Virus record (IMG/VR): IMGVR_UViG_3300020045_002641
Span: 1 to 40,699 of that record
Reading direction: 5' to 3' (one strand)
From: a virus
Taxonomy: Duplodnaviria > Caudoviricetes
DNA: 40,699 bases
Both the position numbers and the translations under genes were made by a program. A model generated the notes under the pieces. The model had not been told where the DNA came from, searched no databases, and saw only the letters and a program-made list of their open reading frames with translations. Positions 15,715 to 24,700 of this stretch are shown here, in pieces (the first letter of the stretch is position 1; every line of letters begins with the position of its first letter).

Positions 15715-16925
15715 GAAACTTTCCTGACTGGATCAACGCATTCGTCAAGTACTCAGACCACATGGAGTCTCCGACGATCATGCGGTTCTGGGCTGGCGTG
15801 TCCGCCATCGCTGGGTGCCTGCGGAAGAAGGTCTGGATGGACGAGCACTACTTCCGCTGGACTCCGAACTTCTTCGTCGTGTTCGTAGCTCCGCCGGGAA
15901 TCGTGTCGAAGTCTACCACAGCCGACGTCGCGATGGAGCTGTTGCGGTCTGTTCCTGGAATCAAGTTCGGCCCTGATGTAGTGACCTGGCCGTCCTTGGT
16001 CACGACCTTCGCGGCATCCAGCGAGGCCTTCGAGTACAATGGCGAGTGGCATCCAATGTCGCCGATGACCCTGGTCGCGTCAGAACTAGGCAACCTCATC
16101 AACCCGCGCGACAGGGAGATGGTTAACCTCTTCATTGACCTGTGGGACGGGCGGAAGAAGCTAGAGAAGCAGACCAAGATGAGCGGGAATGACGTGGTGG
16201 AAGCGCCCTGGATCAACATGATCGCCTGCACCACGCCGAACTGGATAGCGGATAACGTCCCTGCCTCGATGGTCGGCGGTGGATTCACCTCTCGCTGTGT
16301 ATTCATATACCAAGACCGGAAGGAGAAGTTCATTGCCCGCCCAGGTCGGCACGTCCCAAAGGACATCCTCGGCACTAAGTCCAAACTAATCGCCGATCTC
16401 GAACACATGGCGCTGAACATCTGTGGAGAGTTTCGCCTGACCGACGAGGCGCTGGCCTGGGAGGAATCCTGGTACAAGCATATGTGGACAGCGGGGACAA
16501 GCGTGTACGACGATCAGGCAAACGGCTATCGCGCCCGTAAGCAAACCCACGTTAACAAGCTCGCGATGATCCTGGCGGTGTCGAAGTCAGACAATCTCCT
16601 GATCGACCTAGAGACATTCCAGCTAGCCGAGCAAATGGTGTCGACTCTGGAAGCCGACATGCCGAAAGTCTTCGCGAAGATCGGGCAAACCGACGTGTCA
16701 ATGCAGGCGGAGAAGTTCATCGCCTTCGTTCGTGGGAAAGGGAAGATCGGATATGATGAAGCTTATCGCATGATTCATACGCACTTCCCGGACTTTCGCG
16801 ACTTCGAAGGTATCCTGTCCGGCGCGATCCGCTCAGGCCAGATCAGCATGAAGGCGGTTGGAAGTGGATTCGTGCTGGAGGTGCCTGGGTATCAGGCAGT
16901 GGGGCTGGATACTGTTATTACGTGA
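15711..16925 (+). CDS. DUF3987/YfjI-like ATPase, putative replicative helicase
   Basis: ESP..R.W...SAIA; Walker A-like APPGIVSKST; ASELG; LWDG; GFTSR; GTG start overlaps the HNH stop. Confidence 0.75.
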   Translation: MRNFPDWINAFVKYSDHMESPTIMRFWAGVSAIAGCLRKKVWMDEHYFRWTPNFFVVFVAPPGIVSKSTTADVAMELLRSVPGIKFGPDVVTWPSLVTTFAASSEAFEYNGEWHPMSPMTLVASELGNLINPRDREMVNLFIDLWDGRKKLEKQTKMSGNDVVEAPWINMIACTTPNWIADNVPASMVGGGFTSRCVFIYQDRKEKFIARPGRHVPKDILGTKSKLIADLEHMALNICGEFRLTDEALAWEESWYKHMWTAGTSVYDDQANGYRARKQTHVNKLAMILAVSKSDNLLIDLETFQLAEQMVSTLEADMPKVFAKIGQTDVSMQAEKFIAFVRGKGKIGYDEAYRMIHTHFPDFRDFEGILSGAIRSGQISMKAVGSGFVLEVPGYQAVGLDTVIT

Positions 16926-16948
16926 TGTATTCTATAATGCACTACGTA
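16919..16948 (+). repeat. 30-nt palindromic element, copy 1
   Basis: TACGTGATGTATTCTATAATGCACTACGTA; 26/30 identical to the reverse complement of 31423-31452. Confidence 0.8.
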
Positions 16949-16950
16949 GG

Positions 16951-16972
16951 AAAGGGGAGTTCCAGCCTCCCC
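16951..16972 (-). terminator. Terminator for the late arm
   Basis: GGGGAG-7-CTCCCC followed by TTT on the minus strand, at the convergence point. Confidence 0.55.
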
Positions 16973-16983
16973 GATCAGCCCGC

Positions 16984-17247
16984 CTAGCCCTTCTTGAAAA
17001 TGCCAAGGCTGTTATACGTGCTAACCAGCTTCGCTACAATCCCCGACACCACCGGCCAGATCTGTTCAAACGATGCGGCCAGGTTCTTCTCCACAGCATA
17101 CGCGTTGACGAGAAGGCTCTTGAGAATCTCGAGCTTCACCGCCCCTTGGCCACCTTGCGGTATTGCCGCCTCCAGGCTAGTGACGAACTGAATCAGCGCC
17201 GGAAGCAATTGCGCTACTGTAGTAACAACCGCGATAATCGACTGCAT
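16984..17247 (-). CDS. Putative holin/lysis-associated membrane protein
   Basis: Hydrophobic helices, basic C-terminus, AAGGAG RBS, last gene of the lysis cassette. Confidence 0.6.
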   Translation of the reverse strand: MQSIIAVVTTVAQLLPALIQFVTSLEAAIPQGGQGAVKLEILKSLLVNAYAVEKNLAASFEQIWPVVSGIVAKLVSTYNSLGIFKKG

Positions 17248-17256
17248 AACATCTCC

Positions 17257-17547
17257 TTAAAAGTAACAAGTAAGTGTAGTCTCTCCGCCATCTACCACTC
17301 GGTGCTGGTCGGCGGTATCTCCAGGCACCCAGAACAAAATCAACCCTGGCCTACACACCCACCCGCTTGCTCGTAGCTGTTGCGAGATAAGCGTTGAACA
17401 CGATGATAGCATTAGCGAACCCAGCAGCAATGCTGTAAACCGTATCGTTATCCAGTCCGACTCCTTCCGGCGCCAGCATAGCCGCCGCACCAAGAAGTCC
17501 AGCCAATACGTTAGTAAGTATCTGCACATTTTTCCAGGTCGCCGCAT
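17257..17547 (-). CDS. Possible overlapping lipoprotein (o-spanin-like); start uncertain
   Basis: RFTALLLGSLM-LSSC lipobox in an alternate frame of the holin-like gene; fills the otherwise empty 17257-17350. Confidence 0.4.
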   Translation of the reverse strand: MRRPGKMCRYLLTYWLDFLVRRLCWRRKESDWITIRFTALLLGSLMLSSCSTLISQQLRASGWVCRPGLILFWVPGDTADQHRVVDGGETTLTCYF

Positions 17548-17605
17548 TACTCAGCTCCTTTCCATAGCTAAGGGCTTCCAGTCCGGCCTTTACAGCTTTC
17601 CACAT
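17351..17605 (-). CDS. Putative holin (two hydrophobic segments)
   Basis: GAGGAGG RBS; follows the endolysin. Confidence 0.6.
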   Translation of the reverse strand: MWKAVKAGLEALSYGKELSNAATWKNVQILTNVLAGLLGAAAMLAPEGVGLDNDTVYSIAAGFANAIIVFNAYLATATSKRVGV

Positions 17606-17614
17606 AGTGCCTCC

Positions 17615-18025
17615 TCAGGGAAAAAATACATGGTTCCGCGCACCCAGCTGACGTGTGGTGACGTGACACCAGCCAGGCGTAGCGGACGGGTGCTCGAGCC
17701 ACAGGCCTAGCTGCACAAGCTTGTCTTGATTATTCATACACCAAGCATCCAACGCGCCGTCAGGGTCATACAGATCCACCGCCTGTCCAGTCTTGTGCGC
17801 GGAGTTCTTTGCGCCGATGGTGCAGCTAGCCGGCCTGAATCCGCCGTACAGCTCACCTGACACTTCCGTCTTAGTCTTCGGGTTATGCCGCAGGTACACC
17901 CCATCCTTCGCCATCAGCGCAGCCAGAGCATTAACCGTCGGGACCAGTTGCTGTTTGATATTCCAGTACGCACCTTCCGGTACGTCCTTGGCCCAGGGTC
18001 CTATAACGTCAGCTACCGCCAGCAT
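17615..18025 (-). CDS. Endolysin, peptidase M15 family
   Basis: GGFRP..C..GAKNSAH..GQAVD...WCH zinc peptidase motifs. Confidence 0.88.
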   Translation of the reverse strand: MLAVADVIGPWAKDVPEGAYWNIKQQLVPTVNALAALMAKDGVYLRHNPKTKTEVSGELYGGFRPASCTIGAKNSAHKTGQAVDLYDPDGALDAWCMNNQDKLVQLGLWLEHPSATPGWCHVTTRQLGARNHVFFP

Positions 18026-18167
18026 TTGGTGCCTCCGTTGGGGCTGGTTGCGGAGGGGTTAGCTGCACTCCGATGTCGTTGATCAAGGCGTCCAGAGCTG
18101 ACCGGTGCTGGCCGAGCGCTTGGCCGATAAGATTAACCTGCGTTTGTGTTAGTTTAAGTGTATACAT
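18009..18167 (-). CDS. Small hypothetical protein following the tail fibre
   Basis: MYTLKLTQTQVNLIGQALG...LINDI..Q; starts 2 nt after the fibre stop. Confidence 0.65.
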   Translation of the reverse strand: MYTLKLTQTQVNLIGQALGQHRSALDALINDIGVQLTPPQPAPTEAPNAGGS

Positions 18168-18168
18168 G

Positions 18169-19410
18169 TTACATCCCGTAAACTGGAATCCAGTATTCAT
18201 CACCGTCAATCAGAATGCGGAGCTTGCCGGCGAAATCCCCGAGGCCTTCTTCCGTTTCGCTCTTCCATACCTTGCCAGCCTGGCTGTTAAATGCCATGAG
18301 TGCCCAGTCAGCACACCCATCGTGCACCATGCCCCGGAAGTTAAACGCAATCGCCGCCCCATCTTCAGACGTAGCAAGGCTATTCTCGAAGAAGTCAATA
18401 CCGACAGCCCAGCCGCATCGCTCACCGACGCCGGTACTCGGCGCCTGCGAAGCAATCTGTATCGCGCGGGAATGCCTGGCGTAGTTGTCATCGCCCTTAG
18501 CCCCGTGCTGTGGCGCAGTGAATCCATCCGGGCGATTCTTGAACACAACGTCCAGTCCGACCAAGCCGGAATGGTTATCGTGGTACTGGGAAATAATGCT
18601 AACTTCAGCCCCAACCAGCACGCATTGCTGGGCGCCGGTGGTACTCCAGGCTTCGGTCGCGATGCCCCAGCGTGATTGCAAGTGCGTACCGTCCACCGAC
18701 ACTGCGATGTGGGAGGTTGCTACAGCTACCTGGCTGTTGGACGTTACTAGAGTCTTATGGCCGCTATACTCCGTATCTCCATCGTACAGCGCCGTATCGG
18801 TCAAGCTGGTAAACAGCCCTGTCTGCAGCCCGGTCTGCGGGTTATGACTTCCGCTGACCGTGACTCCGTGTGTGTGGTTCTTCGACCAGATGATATTGGT
18901 ACCGTCGCTCGCCAGGAATTCCCCGTCCCGCCCACCAGGCAACGGCACTAACCCCTGCGTGATCGTATCCCACGAGGCTGTAGTTCCGTCAGTCGTAAGC
19001 CATTTGTCAGCGTTGCCGGCTTGCGGAGGCAGCCCTATCACCGGCGTATCGGCCTGGACTGAAGTCTGCCAGCCCACTCCATTATAAGTGACGGAATACA
19101 CCTGGTTCTTAACCAGCTGTCCGGCCTGTACGCGTTCGCCGTTTTGCTGCAGCAGAGGTTTCGCTCCGGTACCAGCTACATTAAGCGTAGCGTTGAGCGC
19201 ACACGTATCATGCAGTTTAAACCGGAACGTATCGCCCGCCAGCAGGGTACTGTACAGCGACGCAGTCGGAAGCGCCAGTGTATACGCGCTGGTAGTTCCG
19301 AGGGTCAGGTTATACGTATAGTCCGTACCCCTGAAGCAGTGGTTGTTAATCTGCTGCAGCCACGTAGATGTTATCGTGGTAATCTTCGACAGAAACGTAA
19401 TATCATTCAT
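18169..19410 (-). CDS. Tail fibre/spike protein
   Basis: N-anchor ITSTWLQQIN; NATLNVAGTGAKPL; LP.Q.GNA.K.LTTDGT.ASW repeats; C-terminal I.IDG..YWIPVY. Confidence 0.75.
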   Translation of the reverse strand: MNDITFLSKITTITSTWLQQINNHCFRGTDYTYNLTLGTTSAYTLALPTASLYSTLLAGDTFRFKLHDTCALNATLNVAGTGAKPLLQQNGERVQAGQLVKNQVYSVTYNGVGWQTSVQADTPVIGLPPQAGNADKWLTTDGTTASWDTITQGLVPLPGGRDGEFLASDGTNIIWSKNHTHGVTVSGSHNPQTGLQTGLFTSLTDTALYDGDTEYSGHKTLVTSNSQVAVATSHIAVSVDGTHLQSRWGIATEAWSTTGAQQCVLVGAEVSIISQYHDNHSGLVGLDVVFKNRPDGFTAPQHGAKGDDNYARHSRAIQIASQAPSTGVGERCGWAVGIDFFENSLATSEDGAAIAFNFRGMVHDGCADWALMAFNSQAGKVWKSETEEGLGDFAGKLRILIDGDEYWIPVYGM

Positions 19411-19437
19411 GGTAATCCTTTATCCGCAGTGTAAGGT

Positions 19438-20862
19438 TTACGGCCGGAAGCTGATACCATCCAGGGCATAGCTAGCGTTGCTCCCGCCAGTTGGAATGAC
19501 ATAGCCCGACGTGTCGATGATAACGCTACCAAACGCCCCATTGCTTACGGCTGGGAATGTACGCACACTACTCGGGCGATACCCAGCGGGAAGTGTGAAG
19601 GCTGACGATTCCAACGTGCCTGATTTGATCGAGCCTTGTAGATGTACCGTGCCATACATGTCTTTCCAGTACCCGGCGGGGCAGTACACTCCGCCTGTAT
19701 TCACCCAGCTATTGGTAAAAGTCGGCGCACCGAGAGTCGGTAGCGTGTCGCAACTGATCGTGTTGGCGTTGGAAATGCGCAATGGAGCTATGATAACGAA
19801 ATCATTGGCGAAAGCCTTGAATATCATCGTACCAGCGGCGACGAGGTCAATGCAATCATCTACAGAGTTAGCTCGGATATAATACTGTCCGCCAGTCTCA
19901 CCGCGGAAGTCAAGGAAAGTTTCGCGCGAGAGCTTGATCGCAGGCGTGTCGTAAATCGTACCACCGGCCAGATCCGGGATGGTCTTCCACTTAATATTTC
20001 CGAGGGAGTAGAAGTCTAGTCCGCAGTCTGTTACGTGCATACCGTCACTTACGAATATGCTCTGCCAGGTCCCACGGAGCAGGGCTAGAGCCGTGGCACT
20101 ATACACCTTAGCTCGTGTGTTGTGCTCAGTGTCGGCTGGATTCTCCGGCGTGCCGCCAACTGTACGGCCCAGGTACATCGTCGAATCATTCTGGAACAGC
20201 AGGCCGAAGTAAGTCCCTGGCGCCGCTTGCTTCATGTTCTCCATTGCAGTGTCATGCACGTTGATGTGACAGCCCAGACCAACCATTGTAGTAGCGCCGG
20301 CATGGTTAGGTGGACCTGTGTTTGTGATGACTTGCGAACCTTCGATCAAGGAAGAGTAGCCGGTTCCGACTGAGTCAAGCTCGTACCAGTACGACACTAC
20401 AGCGGAATCCACTCGCCCGTCAGGGTCAGTCCCTGTCGCATGTACCGCGTGCATGACAGCCGCCAGGTCGCCGCTGTTATCCGAACACGTCACATCGTGC
20501 ATCAGGCCGTAGTGCGCCGTGGCCTTCAGCCCTGCATCCCGCGTAGTGGTCTGATTTGCGCCGTGCGTCACGTTACGCTGCGAGTAGAAGCTCGGCAGGT
20601 AGATAGCGCCATCTGACGGCGTTGACGCCTCAGATGTGATTGTGTCCGTAACGCCAGTCTTCAGCGCATGCCCAACTTTATGCTGTTGCGCTGGCTGGAA
20701 GATTGTCTGCTCAGTCGGAATAGCCGTCTGCTCTTTCGTAATGACGCCAGTACCGTCCTGGAACGCGGAGATTTCATTCTTCGCGGCTAGGAAGTTCTGC
20801 CGTACATCCGCAGTGTAGGCCATAACGGCGGTTGGCTTGGTCGGATCAATTGCGCTAGTCAT
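19438..20862 (-). CDS. Tail fibre/receptor-binding protein
   Basis: N-anchor IDPTKP...VRQNF.AAKNEI; C-terminal NSWVN...YWKD..GTVHLQG.IK...FTLPAGYRP...LDGISF. Confidence 0.78.
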   Translation of the reverse strand: MTSAIDPTKPTAVMAYTADVRQNFLAAKNEISAFQDGTGVITKEQTAIPTEQTIFQPAQQHKVGHALKTGVTDTITSEASTPSDGAIYLPSFYSQRNVTHGANQTTTRDAGLKATAHYGLMHDVTCSDNSGDLAAVMHAVHATGTDPDGRVDSAVVSYWYELDSVGTGYSSLIEGSQVITNTGPPNHAGATTMVGLGCHINVHDTAMENMKQAAPGTYFGLLFQNDSTMYLGRTVGGTPENPADTEHNTRAKVYSATALALLRGTWQSIFVSDGMHVTDCGLDFYSLGNIKWKTIPDLAGGTIYDTPAIKLSRETFLDFRGETGGQYYIRANSVDDCIDLVAAGTMIFKAFANDFVIIAPLRISNANTISCDTLPTLGAPTFTNSWVNTGGVYCPAGYWKDMYGTVHLQGSIKSGTLESSAFTLPAGYRPSSVRTFPAVSNGAFGSVIIDTSGYVIPTGGSNASYALDGISFRP

Positions 20863-20872
20863 GTGTAGCTCC

Positions 20873-21706
20873 TTAGAGTGTAATGGTTACAGTCGGTGTA
20901 GTGGTGAAGCGATGCTGGAAATACGTGTCTGTAGTCTTGTTATACAACAGGGCTGCCGCCGTGATGCTCCAGGTGTAGCCGGGTACAAGCCCTATGTCGA
21001 AGTGCACAGAGAACGTTGGGGTGGCCAGGTAGATTACAGGAGCATAGGCTTCTACAGGGGATACTATCAATTGATAGTAAGCCAGCGCATAGGCAGCGTT
21101 GATGGGTACAGCCGGAACGCCGGTGTAATCTACGGAGTAACTAGACGAACTGACGTGAGTTAGGACAGACGCAGCCGGCGCGAAGGACTCTGGCGTTATC
21201 ACTCCGGGCTCTGCCGCCACATCCCACAGGGTCTGAAACTCATCCCAGAACGTAGTGCCGTCGTCCCAGTTCGTACCGCCGACTACAAGTGGTGGCGGTT
21301 CCCAGTCACAATCCCACACTGTACCATCGTTGTCCCAGGTGGTGTCGTAGTCGTCCCAGTACGTGCAGCGGGACTGCACTATAATCTCATCACAAGCCGG
21401 GCTGAGGTAATCCGCTATAGCACAATCCGCCACGCCCAGGTCAGTCACCGCGCTAGTCGAACACGGCGTGCAGAAGCCAATGAAGCAATCAGCTGGCGGC
21501 TGTACCCAAGGCGGTGTCTGGTTATCCGGCAGCGCTCGCACGAAGTCCTGCGGATGCCTGGGCTCCCAGTGCTCCGGGCATACCCAGTACCCTTGCCAGT
21601 TCTTTTTCATAGTGGACGCCTTGCGTTTGCGCCCGCATTCGAAGCAGACTGCGTTCCAATCGCCTAGCGTCACACGGTCTGCGCGGCCTATGCCAGCCAT
21701 AGCCAT
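20873..21706 (-). CDS. Putative virion protein: zinc-finger N-terminus, Trp-Asp repeats, beta-rich C-terminus
   Basis: CFECG...VCPEHWEPRHPQDFVR; WD repeats. Confidence 0.7.
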   Translation of the reverse strand: MAMAGIGRADRVTLGDWNAVCFECGRKRKASTMKKNWQGYWVCPEHWEPRHPQDFVRALPDNQTPPWVQPPADCFIGFCTPCSTSAVTDLGVADCAIADYLSPACDEIIVQSRCTYWDDYDTTWDNDGTVWDCDWEPPPLVVGGTNWDDGTTFWDEFQTLWDVAAEPGVITPESFAPAASVLTHVSSSSYSVDYTGVPAVPINAAYALAYYQLIVSPVEAYAPVIYLATPTFSVHFDIGLVPGYTWSITAAALLYNKTTDTYFQHRFTTTPTVTITL

Positions 21707-21727
21707 ACTCCCACTTTATGTATGCAC

Positions 21728-21756
21728 AGCATACACATTATTACCCCTAATGTCAA
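21728..21756 (-). promoter_or_regulatory. Internal sigma70-like promoter for the tail fibre/lysis module
   Basis: TTGACA-17-TATGCT in an AT-rich gap; TGTATGC-N3-GCATACA palindrome over the -10. Confidence 0.7.
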
Positions 21757-21773
21757 GAACATCATGCGCAGCA

Positions 21774-24700
21774 TCACTTAGCCGCATCCTGCGCCCGACG
21801 TTCCCGCTCGGCTGCTTTTAAGTTAGCCCAGTCTTCCGGCGTACGCCCATAGATCGGGACGCCAAGGGCTCCGGCGACACCTGCATCAACACCTCCACCA
21901 GCGAGCTGTTGCGCGCCGATTGGACTGAAGGTCTTAGCGACGTGGCCCAGGCGAGAACCCTGCATTGCAGGTCCGGCGGTGATCGTGCGCATCTTGTCGT
22001 TGTAGCGCGGGGATAGATACTCAGTCCCCATGAGCTGATTAGTAATCTCGCGCGGAACTTGGCCAAGCTTGTTAATCGCGAACTGTGCAGGGTGCTGGAC
22101 CAAGTGCGCCGGCTCCATTGTGTGCTTGGAGTATTGCATCTTCCGTCCATCGCCTAGGGGGATGTAGGTCCAGTCCTTCTGATCCCACAGATGCTCGCCG
22201 GTGAAAGCGTAGGTCAGGCCGTCAGCCACGGTGCCGTAGTACAGACCAGCGCGTAGGAGATACTGCCGATGTAGGTCTGCGACGGTTTCGGGCTTGTACA
22301 GTCCCTTGATATTCGTGCCGGGTGTTTCGCCGGTCAGGCGACCTGCTGCTTTTGTCGCCGCACGGACTGTCGAGATAGCCCAGTCCGGCGCAAATAGCGC
22401 CAGGCGCATAACGCGTTGGCCGTTCGGACTGTACACCGAGGCGGCTAGATCGCGACCCCAGCGTGTAGTAGCTTCCTCTGCTATGCGACGCCAGTTCAAC
22501 CCGCCGAATATATCATTCGTGAAAGATGCAGCGCGTTCGGCTAGTACCTTCTCCGCGAGCAGCGGAACCCTTGAATCGGCGGCGTGCGCCTTGGCGTTGT
22601 TAAGCGTGAGGGTTTCGTACTTTTCTGCAAAGAGCTGGAGCTTCAGCCCCGTGTGCAGGCGCTCCCACATGAAGCCGTCGACGGCGTGATTAAGTTTCGC
22701 TACAGCCTCCACACCCTTACCTGCGCCCGGAACTGTCGCATCGACCTGTTGCTGCAGCCACTTCAGTCCGCTGTAGAAATCCTGTCCGACTTCGGTCACA
22801 GCCAGCGGGCCACTCTTTAGCGAGTATTCCAGTCCGCCCTGGATGGACATGTCGATTAGCTTCGCCATCGCCGGATCGTTTTTCCGCAGGGCTTTGACGT
22901 AGGGGTTCTCTCCGAAGACCTTGGGCAAGGCGGCTTGTACTCCAATCTTAAAGCCAGGGTAAGCCATCGCCAGTCCAGCTCCGATCTGCGCGTACAGTAT
23001 CGGATCTTCTCCAAGCACCGCTCCACCAGCTGCACCGATTGCCGCGCCCTTCGCGATGGTGCCGGGTTGCAGTTTAGCTGCACCTGCCATAGCGTCCACG
23101 ATGTTCTTGGCGTGGAACAGACTCAGACTAACCGCCGAACGCTTGCCTGCAGTATTGATCGCTTCGATCGCCCGCATTACAGCCGGTGCGCTATTCGCTT
23201 CGAATGCAAACTTTAGCGCTGGTATTATATCAGGATGTGCAGACAGACCTTGCTTGCCGAAAGCCTGGTAGTTGTGTGGTGCTGTAGCTGTGGTCTGGAT
23301 CAACGGGATGTCGGCGGTGAAAGCGCCATTCTGCACCTTAACCGTCCGCTGTTTCAGCGTGTTGATCAGTTCCCGATTCGCTACGGCCTTGGACAGGCTA
23401 CTACCATACTGCTCAATGATCTCAGCGATGTCAGTCATAATCGGAGGCAAACCCTTCGCCGCCATGATCTGATTCACCTGCGCAATCGTCGGCGGCCCTA
23501 CACGAGTCTTGCCATACAGCGAAGTCGTAGCGCCTTGCTGCCGCACCTGCATCCACTCTTCTATGATCGGTACAGCCGCCTTGCCGTAGACGTGAGTGAC
23601 GTAGTTCGGTAGCAGTTCCTTAATAACCCCGGCGTCAATGCCGCGCTTGCCTATGCCTTCGAAGAACGCCATGACATCCTTGGCGGCGGATAGTTCCTTG
23701 GCGGTCAGGGCGATACCTGGCTGCCCTTCAATCGCGTGGGCAATGGCAGCTCGGCGCGCGGCGTCAGGCACAGTGTCAATGATGTTGTTGGACAGGCGAC
23801 TGCGTTCCAATGCATCCCGGCGAATGGATATTTCGGCGGTGTCCATTTCCTTCTTGATCCGAAACCTGGTATCGTCAGCCGTCGCGGCGGAAATCGGACC
23901 AGGTATGAGCTGCTTCATCCCTTCGATGGGGTGTCCGGACAGCGCAATCCGTGTTGCGTCCAGGACTGCATGGCCTGCCGCCTTGCCATAACGCGGAGCA
24001 AGTCCGCCGAGGAACGCCCCGGCGAGTGTTCCGCCGATCTTGTTATCCTCAGCCATCGAGTAACCGATTGCAGCACCTGTGCCTGCGGCGGCTAGCTTGC
24101 CAAGGAGTTCGGGGTCGGCGGCTCCTTGTTCGTATTTATTAAATTCGGCTGTTTTTTTACGTAATATTTCGTCAGTAGCTAATGTTTGTTCTTTGGGCGT
24201 TATACCAGATATAGCAGACTTAACTTGTGTTTCAGGCTTAAATGCCACAGCTTCCCATGTTTTTCCGTTAATATTGTCAATAATGCCGTCGTAGCCTTCA
24301 CTTAAGAGCAGCGCTGTACGAGCTTTACTTTCAGCTCGTGAGATAGTGCCCCGACCGAAACGTTCAGCGTAAGCTTCAGCAGTCATTGGATTTCGTATGT
24401 TAACATAAGCTGGATATACAGCACCGGCTCTGCCGTACTGATTAGCTCTAGTTATGTTTTCAGTTAGATATAAGCCGTCTGCGTAAAGTCCGTATCCTTT
24501 ACTCGGCATACCGTCTGCCAACCCTACGCCGCCGTGATACAGTGGTTTTAACGTACCTGCTGCATCTACAACTACGGATTCATTAAAAGACTTAAATATT
24601 TCGGTGAATAATTTTGGATGTATTACACCTTTTGTAGCTAATGCAGCGCCGCCTAACATAGCAGCATTGTCGGTTAAGCTTGGATCGAGTTGTTGTAGGG

